In this document: positions 28,727 through 36,865 of the stretch, one piece after another
Layout: each line of letters begins with the position of its first letter
Numbering within the stretch: position 1 is the first letter of the stretch
Notes under the pieces: generated by a model
What the model was told of the DNA's origin: nothing
What the model saw: the letters and a program-made list of their open reading frames with translations, nothing else
Database searches by the model: none
From: a bacterium
GTDB taxonomy: Bacteria; SAR324; JACQKK01
Reading direction: 5' to 3'
Length of the DNA: 64,000 bases
NCBI GenBank assembly: GCA_965249525.1
Contig: OZ252237.1
Location: 1,156,443 to 1,220,442 of the forward strand
Made by a program: the position numbers and the translations under genes

Positions 28727-30043
28727 ATGGCAGGATTGGTTGTAGTAGGAGCGCAGTGGGGGGATGAAGGCAAGGGCAAATTGGTGGATTTGCTCACGCA
28801 GCACGCAGAAATGGTGGTGCGGTTTCAAGGAGGCAGCAACGCAGGACACACCGTATATGTTGGGAATAAAAGCTTTGTGCTGCATTTAATTCCCTCGGGG
28901 ATTTTTCATGCCAAGACCGTAAGCGTGCTGGGCAACGGGGTGGTGATAGACCCCCAGGCGCTGCTAAAAGAAATCCAACAGCTGCAAGCAGGGGGAGTCA
29001 ATGTAGCCAAGAATTTACGCATCAGCAGAACCGCGCACTTGGTCATGCCTTACCACAAAGCCTTTGACCTGCTGCGAGAAAAACTACGCGGTGCTGGCAA
29101 AATTGGCACCACAGGTCGGGGCATCGGCCCTACCTATGAAGACAAAATGGCACGTCGCGGCATACGCTTTTGCGACCTGGAAGAGTTGTCAGCCGACAAC
29201 CTGCGCCTAAACCTGACACAGATCCTAGCAGAGAAAAATCTGCTGCTGCACCAACTATACGGCAGCCAGCAAGCCCCCCTGCAAGCCGATGCCATTCTGC
29301 AGGAGTACCTGCAATACCATCAACAACTCAAACCCTTCCTGTGTGATGCCTCTCAACTGGTCAACCAAGCCCTGGATGCAGGCAAACTGGTACTATTTGA
29401 AGGCGCTCAAGGCTGCGGACTAGATGTAGACCACGGCAGCTACCCCTATGTCACCTCCTCCAATACAGTGGCAGGCGGTGCCTGCACTGGCAGCGGAGTG
29501 GGACCCACCCGCATCTCGCAGGTACTGGGCATCACCAAGGCCTACACCACCCGCGTGGGAGAAGGACCCTTCCCCACAGAACTGCAGCAAGACCCCGTGG
29601 GAGAACACTTGAGCCAGCAGGGGCAAGAATTCGGTGCCACCACAGGAAGAACAAGACGCTGCGGCTGGTTTGATGCCGTCATCGTCAAACAAGCCATCCG
29701 CCTCAGTTCCATCACAGCCCAAGCCCTCACCAAACTGGATGTACTCAGCGGACTAAAAATACTCAAAATCGCCCACGCCTGGTGCGATGACCAAGGCAAC
29801 CACTTCCAAGACGCTCCCCATCACTTCAGCCAGCGCAGCAACCTGCGCCCCGTCTATGAAGAACTCCCAGGATGGCAAACCTCCCTGCGCAACATCACCC
29901 AATGGCAGCATCTCCCCCAAAATGCCCAACGCTACGTCCAACGTATAGAAACCCTCACCGGCGTCCCCGCAGCCATCATCTCCGTGGGGCCGCATCGCCA
30001 TGAAACCATATGGAGAGAACCCCTGCTGCAACTGATGAAATAA
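28727..30043 (+). CDS. purA: Adenylosuccinate synthetase
   Basis: 438 aa. GAQWGDEGKGK, GTTGRGIGPTYEDK. Confidence 0.97.
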   Translation: MAGLVVVGAQWGDEGKGKLVDLLTQHAEMVVRFQGGSNAGHTVYVGNKSFVLHLIPSGIFHAKTVSVLGNGVVIDPQALLKEIQQLQAGGVNVAKNLRISRTAHLVMPYHKAFDLLREKLRGAGKIGTTGRGIGPTYEDKMARRGIRFCDLEELSADNLRLNLTQILAEKNLLLHQLYGSQQAPLQADAILQEYLQYHQQLKPFLCDASQLVNQALDAGKLVLFEGAQGCGLDVDHGSYPYVTSSNTVAGGACTGSGVGPTRISQVLGITKAYTTRVGEGPFPTELQQDPVGEHLSQQGQEFGATTGRTRRCGWFDAVIVKQAIRLSSITAQALTKLDVLSGLKILKIAHAWCDDQGNHFQDAPHHFSQRSNLRPVYEELPGWQTSLRNITQWQHLPQNAQRYVQRIETLTGVPAAIISVGPHRHETIWREPLLQLMK

Positions 30044-30051
30044 GCCCCGCC

Positions 30052-30936
30052 ATGCACCCCTCCCGCCTCCCACAACAACTGGTAGCCTGGCTGGAAAACC
30101 TCCAGCGAAGCAAAATGCGCTACCTCAGCGGTATTCAACCCCTGTCTGCACTCCCTGTCCCCACAACTCCGCAGCCCACACCGCAGCCCACACCACAGCC
30201 CACACCACAGCCCACACCGCAGCCCACACCACAGCCCACACCACAGCCCACACCACAGCCCACACCACAGCCCACGGCACAGCCCACACCGCAGCCCCCT
30301 GCCACACCCCCCATGACCAACCATCCCAGCTTCCAAGACTCCCTGCTGTTCCATCACAGCCAAGCCGAAAAAATCGCCGCCCAAACCCATACCCTGGAAG
30401 ACCTCCACACCGCCTTTGCCACCTGCACCCGCTGCCGATTGGCGCAAAACCGCATCCAACTAGTCTTCGGCTGCGGCAACCCGCATCCAGGCATCGTCTT
30501 CATCGGTGAAGGTCCAGGGGCAGAAGAAGACCAACAAGGACTCCCCTTCGTGGGAGCCGCAGGACGCCTGCTCACCGACCTCATCTCCGCTATGGGATTA
30601 ACCCGCCAGGATGTCTATATCGCTAATATCGTTAAATGCCGACCCCCAAGCAATCGCAACCCCCAGCCCGATGAAATCCAAGCCTGCATGCCCATCCTCA
30701 ACCACCAACTCCAATTGCTCAACCCCAAACTCATGGTGACACTAGGTGCTGTGCCCCTCAATGCTCTGATACCCAACTCCCCAGGCATTACCCACGCCCG
30801 CGGACACCTGACCCAGTACCGACAATGGCCGCTGCTGCCCACCTACCACCCCTCCTACCTGCTGCGAAAACCCTCAGCACTGGACGAATGCTGGCAGGAT
30901 TTTCACCAGGCCCTCAAACAGGTCTATGCCAGTTAG
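30052..30936 (+). CDS. Family-4 uracil-DNA glycosylase with an N-terminal (PQPT)n extension
   Basis: GNPHPGIVFIGEGPGAEEDQQGLPFVGAAGRLL...IANIVKCRPPSNRNP...HPSYLLR. Start taken at the ATG just after the purA stop. Confidence 0.85.
   Translation: MHPSRLPQQLVAWLENLQRSKMRYLSGIQPLSALPVPTTPQPTPQPTPQPTPQPTPQPTPQPTPQPTPQPTPQPTAQPTPQPPATPPMTNHPSFQDSLLFHHSQAEKIAAQTHTLEDLHTAFATCTRCRLAQNRIQLVFGCGNPHPGIVFIGEGPGAEEDQQGLPFVGAAGRLLTDLISAMGLTRQDVYIANIVKCRPPSNRNPQPDEIQACMPILNHQLQLLNPKLMVTLGAVPLNALIPNSPGITHARGHLTQYRQWPLLPTYHPSYLLRKPSALDECWQDFHQALKQVYAS
30169..30297. repeat. 12-bp tandem repeat x~11 (CCRCAGCCCACA) in the UDG N-terminal extension
   Basis: Direct reading. In frame, encoding (PQPT)n. Confidence 0.9.
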
Positions 30937-30983
30937 ACCTGCTGCTGATGCTGAGTCTCTCCCATAAGCTCAGCCCATCCAAG

Positions 30984-31020
30984 CTGCCCCCTAGAACACT
31001 GCCCCCTAGAACACTGCCCA
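30984..31020. repeat. 15-bp tandem repeat x2.4 (CTGCCCCCTAGAACA)
   Basis: Direct reading. Confidence 0.8.
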
Positions 31021-31054
31021 CAAAGCTCTTGCTTTAAATATCTCCTTAAACGGT

Positions 31055-31083
31055 TTGACAAATCGGGGTTGTGTCGTTAAGGT
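31055..31083 (+). promoter_or_regulatory. Sigma-70-like promoter candidate (TTGACA-17 nt-TAAGGT)
   Basis: Perfect -35 at 31055-31060, a 17-nt spacer, and a TAnnnT -10 at 31078-31083. It faces the ORF-poor region. Sequence match only. Confidence 0.3.
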
Positions 31084-31089
31084 AAGTTA

Positions 31090-31802
31090 TGCCAGCAGGT
31101 TCCTCCCCGTTTGGGGCATGAATTGTGTGTCACCAGGCCAGTGAAGCTCATATGGTTTGCGTGATCTCTGTGATGCGTTAGGGTTGCTTGGGTAACCATA
31201 GCAGCCATAACGTCACCTGGGATATGGTAAGTGAATTATTATCATGTTCTATGTGGTTGATGTCTTGGACGGCTGTGGGTTCATAAGTGAGGAACACTGC
31301 CTGTCGGCATGGGCGTTGGTTAACAGCCAGGCATGCCCTGCAGCTATGGACGCATAGCAGGAGGTATTGCAGCGCCGGTGATGGACAGACAGAGGGTGTT
31401 TGCACCCACCATGTGGATGGGGGTTGAAGGGATTTGGGAGTCTGCCGAGGACTAGATAGAGTCAATGGCAGACAGCACGGACTGTAGCTGATCTTGTTTC
31501 TTCTGCAAACAGAGAGACACAGGTGACAGACAGCCAACTGCCTAAGGCAGGGCTGATGATGGCCTCTTGGGCAGACCGCGGCGGACAGCGGTTGCAGCTT
31601 GGCTGCGTACTTGCTGGCTGTGCGGTTAATGCAATTCCTGCTGAGGTGAACAATCGGCAGGTTCAGCAATGGGAGTCGGAGGCTGCGTCATGCCGCAAGA
31701 TACTTCCAAATCAATATCCACAGCGTCACAGGTGTGGAATGAATGACGCCCGCGAAAACTGAGGCTTATAGGCTGCGCCAGAAAGTTTTTCCTTTAATAT
31801 CC
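31090..31802 (+). ncRNA. Candidate large structured non-coding RNA (unclassified)
   Basis: ~0.7 kb with no credible ORF, average GC, downstream of the promoter-like element. Many local hairpins: 31344-31359 GCTATG-GACG-CATAGC; 31440-31472 GTCTGCC/GGCAGAC; 31393-31406 GGGTG-TTTG-CACCC; 31685-31749 GCGTCAT/ATGACGC enclosing CCACA/TGTGG. No known RNA family was recognised by eye. Confidence 0.25.
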
Positions 31803-31916
31803 GTTGTTCCCTAAACGGAATGAGTCAGCCTGCTGCTGAGAAAAAACAGCACAAGTCAAGCAGTATCCCACACCCTGGCAACCCCCCTTCAACCCCCATC
31901 CATCCACATTTTTTAA

Positions 31917-32090
31917 AACATTGATAAATTTTCTGTGAGGAGGAGATAAGCAGTTTTTTTGGAACATTGATAAATTTTCTGCGAGGAGGAGATAAGCAGT
32001 TCTAAAAAGTTCTAAAAAGTTCTAAAAAAAGCTGCAACTCTGCTGTAAGGAAGAGGCAAGCAGTTCTAAAAAATTCTAAAAAATATTGTG
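31917..32090. repeat. Composite repeat: 46-bp unit x2 (AACATTGATAAATTTTCTGYGAGGAGGAGATAAGCAG...), GTTCTAAAAA x3, and a further core copy
   Basis: Core CTGYGAGGAGGAGATAAGCAG at 31933 and 31979; a variant at 32043. Confidence 0.85.
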
Positions 32091-32183
32091 CTGTACAGCG
32101 ATGGCTGATAGGATTCTGATTATAGCTTTTTATGGTGCGCTGCCACAAAAAGCATTTTTAGAATACACAAGCGGAGTATCGCT

Positions 32184-32922
32184 ATGTTTGCTCAATTCCC
32201 AACCAAAACAGCTTGGAGGCTGCTGCTGGCAGGCGGACTGGCAGTGATGCTGCTGGGTGCCTTGCTTGCCTCCTGCGGCGGGGGTGGTGGAGGCGGCGGC
32301 GGAGAATGATGGTACTCCCATTGCCGACAATGGTGGGACCGACCCCATGCCCGACCCCATCGTCCTGATTCCATCCACAAAGATTTATCTATGGGTTAGC
32401 GTTGCGACCTCTAACGGAAATTTCAGTGTGGGAGATTTCAGTGAGGGAGATTTGAGTGGAGTAGCTGCTGCCCATGCCGTATGCCAGAGGGAAGGGAACG
32501 GCGAGCGCAGTGTCCTGCCCAACACCGATAGCGTGGAATATACCCACCAGGCAGTGATAGGAAGCAAAGACCCTGTAACTCTCAATATCACTTTTCATCC
32601 CAGCACCATTATAGCAACTGGTGATACCCGTGGTGTCTACCGCCCTGACGACAGCACCAAAATTGCCAACAGCTATGCGAATTTTATTAGTGATCCTGAT
32701 GTTTTGGCGGCTGTGGCTTCAGGTTCTGCGAAGAGATACTGGACAGGTCTTGGAGACATGGGAAATATTGGCGACACCTGTCTTAGTTGGAGCTCTTCCT
32801 CTTCTTCAAACAATGGAATTCGTGGTAGAAGTAACAAACTTGCCTTCAACAGAATAGGCGGCTCCACCAACAAATCTTCTTGTAATAACTCGACTTTCCA
32901 TCTTTTATGTGTCAGCCATTAG
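32184..32922 (+). pseudogene. DUF1554-like lipoprotein paralogue, frameshifted just after the lipobox
   Basis: GGAG-N7-ATG 32184 gives [41 protein letters not shown], stopping at 32307-32309. The mature domain ([12 protein letters not shown]...IYLWVSVATS...YRPDDST...YWTG...LLCVSH) continues in the +1 frame to 32922. A G5 run (32280-32284) and an extra A relative to the next paralogue (GAGAATGAT vs GAGATGAT) lie between the two frames. Confidence 0.6.
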
Positions 32923-32996
32923 TGCCTGGAGACCGCCGCAACCCCTATTTCAACCTCCCAAAAAGCATTTTTAGAATACACAAGCGGAGTATCGCT

Positions 32997-33843
32997 ATGT
33001 TTGCTCAATTCCCAACCAAAACAGCTTGGAGGCTGCTGCTGGCAGGCGGACTGGCAGTGATGCTGCTGGGTGCCTTGCTTGCCTCCTGCGGAGGTGGCGG
33101 AGGCGGCGGCGGAGATGATGGTACTCCCATTGCCGACAATGGTGGGACCAACGCCCATGCCTGACACGCCCGACCCCATGCCCGACCCCATGCCCGACAC
33201 CATGCCTGACACCACGCCCGACACCACGCCCGACCCCACGCCCGACCCCACGCCCGACCCCACGCCCGACCCCACGCCCGACACCACGCCCGACCCGCCT
33301 CCGCCGCCACCCCCACCCCCACCTACAAGGGCTTATCTGTGGGTTAGTGCTGCGGACTCTACGCCAGAGAATACCGCTACGACCCTTAAAGGAGATTTTG
33401 GTGGTACAGTTGCTGCCGATGTCGTATGCAGGGGGCGGGCAAGCGGTGCTGGACTGCCCGCTGCTGCTGCTGGCTATACGCACAAGGCAGTGGTAGCAAC
33501 CAATTCATTTAATCCCAGTAACATTCCAGTAAATAATTCCCATAAGGTCTACCGCCCTGACGACAGCACCAAAATTGCCAACAGCTATGCAGACTTTTTT
33601 AATGCTTCTATATCTGTAACCAACTCGGTGGCAAGTACAAGTGGTAAATACTGGACAGGTATTGATGTTGATGATGGTGCTTTTAAGATTTCGGAGAGTA
33701 ATTGCACCGATTGGAGTTCCGATACTGCTAGTAGTAGCTTCGGCGATCCTCGCCAAAAAGATCATAAAAGATTAGGGGAACCAAGCGTCTTCTTATCATG
33801 TACTAGGGCACGCCCTCTGTTATGTGTCAGCTATCAGCCTTAA
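32997..33843 (+). pseudogene. DUF1554-like lipoprotein paralogue with (PDPT)n linker, frameshifted after the lipobox
   Basis: It has the same leader and signal peptide as 32184. The first frame stops at 33162-33164 (...DNGGTNAHA*). The mature part (PMPDTPDP...[10 protein letters not shown]...VYRPDDST...YWTG...LLCVSYQP) lies in another frame, shifted near the CCC at 33154-33156. Confidence 0.6.
33169..33300. repeat. 12-bp tandem repeat x11 (CCCGACMCCAYG) encoding the Pro/Asp/Thr linker
   Basis: Direct reading. In frame with the mature-domain frame. Confidence 0.9.
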
Positions 33844-33960
33844 ATGAGTCAGCCTGCTGCTGGGAAAAACCAGCACAAGTCAAGTAGATGCCACACCCTG
33901 GCAATCCTCTTCAACCCTCATCCATCCACACCATATTTTTTTAGAAGCTTGAGAAATTTC

Positions 33961-34130
33961 CTTTAAGGAAGAGGCAAGCAGTTTTTTTGGAACATTGATA
34001 AATTTCCTGTGAGGAAGAGATAAGCAGTTTTTTTGGAACATTGATAAATTTCCTGTAAGGAGGAGATAAGCAGTTCTAAAAAAAGCAGTTCTAAAAAAAG
34101 CAGTTCTAAAAAAGCAGTTCTAAAAAAATA
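33961..34130. repeat. Composite repeat: 46-bp unit x3 (cores at 33961, 34007, 34053) followed by AGCAGTTCTAAAAAA x4
   Basis: Direct reading. Same unit family as 31917-32090. Confidence 0.85.
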
Positions 34131-34259
34131 TCCTTTTATAAGGAGATAAGTAGCTAAAAATATTGCGCCTTATAGTGCTGACGGGTATGATCTTGTTGCT
34201 AGTTTTTTATGGCACTCTGCCACAAAAGATACTTTTACAAAACACCTGGGGATGTCGCT

Positions 34260-34949
34260 ATGCGCTTTCAATTTCAAATTGGTTCTATACTTTCTTATAA
34301 ACTTGCGTCTCTTAAGACAGCTTTGGTTCTGCTGCTGGCAGTGATGCTGTTGGGCGCCTTGCTTGCCTCCTGTAAAGACAAGGGTCGCAGCAAGAAGGGA
34401 GGATCTGCCAGCTCCGACAGTGAAGATGCTTCCGAAGCCACTACCCTGGATGATTCTGATAAGATTTATCTGTGGCTTAGCAGTGCGAGATCTGGCGGAG
34501 CTTTGGGCGGCGCAGCTGGTGCCCATACCGTATGCCAGGGGGAAGGGAACGGCGAGGACAGTGTCCTGCCCAATACCGATACCGTGGGCTATACCCACCA
34601 GGCAGTGATAGGAGACAGTTTATTTAATCCGGGTGATATTATAGAAGATGGAGATGAGCGTGGGGTCTACCGCCCTGACGACAGCACCCAAATTGCCAAC
34701 AGCTATGCGGACTTCTTTGATGTGTTGGGTGTCGATGCACTGGCTACGGTGGCAGACGGCTCTAATAAATTTTACTGGACAGGTCTTGAGAGTGAGATGG
34801 TTTCCTCAAGCACCTGTTCTAATTGGACCACATCCGACGGCAGTATACGTGGATCTATTGGTTCAAGTGGAGTAGTCAGCTTCTCCAGATTAGGCAACTC
34901 CGAGGTATTTTGTTCCTCGCAGTTGCATCTTTTATGTGTCAGCCATTAG
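34260..34949 (+). CDS. DUF1554-like secreted lipoprotein paralogue (intact)
   Basis: The internal ATG of the track ORF gives MRFQFQIGSILSYKLASLKTALVLLLAVMLLGALLASC (lipobox). Family motifs IYLWLSSARS, AHTVCQGEG, GYTHQAVI, VYRPDDST, YWTGL, CSNWT, LLCVSH. Confidence 0.75.
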   Translation: MRFQFQIGSILSYKLASLKTALVLLLAVMLLGALLASCKDKGRSKKGGSASSDSEDASEATTLDDSDKIYLWLSSARSGGALGGAAGAHTVCQGEGNGEDSVLPNTDTVGYTHQAVIGDSLFNPGDIIEDGDERGVYRPDDSTQIANSYADFFDVLGVDALATVADGSNKFYWTGLESEMVSSSTCSNWTTSDGSIRGSIGSSGVVSFSRLGNSEVFCSSQLHLLCVSH

Positions 34950-35062
34950 TGCCTGCAGGCCGCGCACGCCGCCGCTGCTGCCAAATAAAGCCCCGCCCAG
35001 TAATGCGGTTCTAAAAAAAGCTGCAACTCTGCTGTGAGGAAGGGGTAAGCCGTTCTAAAAAA

Positions 35063-35446
35063 TTAGTCGCGCTGGATGAGTTCAATGGCGTGACCATCAG
35101 GATCGCGCACAAAGGCAATTACCGAACCGCCGAATTTCATAGGACCTGGCTTGCGATAGACATCCGCACCTGCTGCCTCCATGCGCTGGCACATGCCGTG
35201 GATGTCTTTTACTCCTACAGCTAGGTGTCCCCAGGAGTCGCCGTCGGCATAGTCGCTGGCTTGATCCCAGTTATAGGTCAATTCTATTTCTGCCTGCTGG
35301 GGTGAGGCTTCATAGCCCACAAAGGTGAGGGTGAAGCGTCCATTGGGGAATTCTTTTTGCCTCAGTACTTTCATATTCAGTTGTTTGGTATAAAAGGCGA
35401 TGGCTTTATCTTGGTCGCGTACGCGGATCATGGTGTGCAAGTACAT
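35063..35446 (-). CDS. gloA: Lactoylglutathione lyase (glyoxalase I)
   Basis: 127 aa. MYLHTMIRVRDQDKAIAFYTKQL...ELTYNWD...GHLAVGV...FVRDPDGHAIELI. Confidence 0.9.
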   Translation of the reverse strand: MYLHTMIRVRDQDKAIAFYTKQLNMKVLRQKEFPNGRFTLTFVGYEASPQQAEIELTYNWDQASDYADGDSWGHLAVGVKDIHGMCQRMEAAGADVYRKPGPMKFGGSVIAFVRDPDGHAIELIQRD

Positions 35447-35524
35447 GGTTTCCTTAGGTTGAGGGGGAGGGAGGAGGTTGTAACTCTGCTGTGAGGAGGA
35501 GATAAGCAGTTCTAAAAAAGCTGC

Positions 35525-36643
35525 TTAGGTGCTCAGGGCTTTTTCTGGTGGTGTATAGGGAAGTTGCTGTGCTTGGGCTACGGCTTGGTAGGTGAGTTTT
35601 TCTTGGTGGATGTTGAGTCCTGCCAACAGATGGGGGTTTTCCAACATGGCTTTTCGAGGACCTTGGTCAGCCAGGTTGATAATGAAGGGCAGGGTGGCAT
35701 TGCCCAGGGCGTAGGCAGAGGTGCGAGCCACAGCACCAGGCATATTGGTAACGCAGTAGTGAACGATGCCGTCCTCGCTAAAGGTGGGTTTGTCATGGGT
35801 GGTGGGTCTGGAGGTTTCAAAGCAGCCTCCTTGGTCAATGGATACATCTACCAGTGCTGCTGCTGGTTTCATGCTGGAGAGCATGGGTCGTGTAATCAGT
35901 TTGGGGGCTGTAGCCCCAGCGACCAGTACCGCACCGATGATCAGATCTGCTGCAGCGATGGCTTGGTAGAGGTTATCTTGATTGGAGTAAAGGGTGTGTA
36001 TGCGGCCTCCAAATTGGGTGTCAATCCATTCCAGACGAGGCAGGGAGCGATCTAGTACTGTGACCCGTGCCCGCAAGCCCATAGCCATCAGTGCTGAGTT
36101 GATTCCCACCACACCGCCTCCTAGGATGACCACATGGGCGGGAGGGACTCCTGGCACCCCTCCCAGTAGGATGCCAGCACCACCGTGACTTTTTTCTAGG
36201 CAGTATGCGCCAGCTTGAATAGCCATGCGTCCTGCTACTTCGCTCATGGGCGCCAGTAGGGGCAGATTGCCTTGGGGGGAAGTGACGGTTTCATAGGCAA
36301 TGGCGGTGCATCCGCTGCCCAGCAAGCCTTGGGTTTGCTGGGAGTCTGGGGCTAGGTGCAGGTAGGTGAACAGGGTTTGACCCCGCCGCAGCATGGCAAT
36401 TTCTGAAGCTTGTGGTTCTTTGACCTTAATCACCAGCTGTGCCTTTTCAAAGACCTCTTGCGCTGAACCAACAATGCGGGCTCCCACTTGGCGATAGGCA
36501 GCATCATCGCAGCCAATGCCCAGTCCGCAGCCGCTTTCTGCCAGTACTTGGTGTCCGTGATGAGTCAACTCGCGTACAGCAGCGGGGGTTAAGCCCACGC
36601 GGTGTTCTTGCACCTTGATTTCTTTGGGAACGCCTATTTGCAT
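35525..36643 (-). CDS. ald: Alanine dehydrogenase
   Basis: 372 aa. [26 protein letters not shown]..., and NAD fold [14 protein letters not shown]. Confidence 0.93.
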   Translation of the reverse strand: MQIGVPKEIKVQEHRVGLTPAAVRELTHHGHQVLAESGCGLGIGCDDAAYRQVGARIVGSAQEVFEKAQLVIKVKEPQASEIAMLRRGQTLFTYLHLAPDSQQTQGLLGSGCTAIAYETVTSPQGNLPLLAPMSEVAGRMAIQAGAYCLEKSHGGAGILLGGVPGVPPAHVVILGGGVVGINSALMAMGLRARVTVLDRSLPRLEWIDTQFGGRIHTLYSNQDNLYQAIAAADLIIGAVLVAGATAPKLITRPMLSSMKPAAALVDVSIDQGGCFETSRPTTHDKPTFSEDGIVHYCVTNMPGAVARTSAYALGNATLPFIINLADQGPRKAMLENPHLLAGLNIHQEKLTYQAVAQAQQLPYTPPEKALST

Positions 36644-36722
36644 CGCTTGCCTAATCGCTTGCCTAATCGCCTGTTTAATTGATTGCCTAATCGCCTGTTT
36701 AATTGATTGCCTAATCGCCTGC
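36644..36722. repeat. 12-bp x2 (CGCTTGCCTAAT) then 24-bp x2 (CGCCTGTTTAATTGATTGCCTAAT), abutting the ald start codon
   Basis: Direct reading. Begins 1 nt upstream of the ald ATG (36643..36641). Confidence 0.9.
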
Positions 36723-36865
36723 TTATTTGGGCACTTATGGCATCCATCAATCTAGCAAAAGACAGTGATGCTTGTAAAGCCTGGTACCCAGGTGGTTGGT
36801 CTGACAAAGTGTTATGCTGGGGCATATTTTGCTGTAAGCAAGCAGTAGATCTAAGGACAAAAGGC

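Noticed and set aside
31318-31328. GGTTAACAGCC in the candidate RNA matches the unit of the 53724-53815 tandem repeat
   Set aside because: A single 11-nt match between two loci is most simply coincidence, and no flanking similarity was seen.
31178-31669. 163-aa minus-strand ORF in the ORF-poor interval
   Set aside because: It has a Cys/Pro/Leu/Ser-rich composition, with no recognisable domain, SD or signal. Comparably long spurious ORFs are common antisense to real genes in this window. It is kept only as a caveat to the ncRNA hypothesis.
31084-31802. Known RNA classes (RNase P, tmRNA, SRP/4.5S, group II intron domain V, cobalamin and other riboswitches)
   Set aside because: By eye I found none of the conserved signatures on either strand: GGAAAGUCCGGGC or ACAGAACCCGGCUUA-type RNase P boxes, a tmRNA tag ORF with tRNA-like end, the SRP GGAA/AGCAGCC motif, or an intron D5 hairpin. 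cmscan is still needed.
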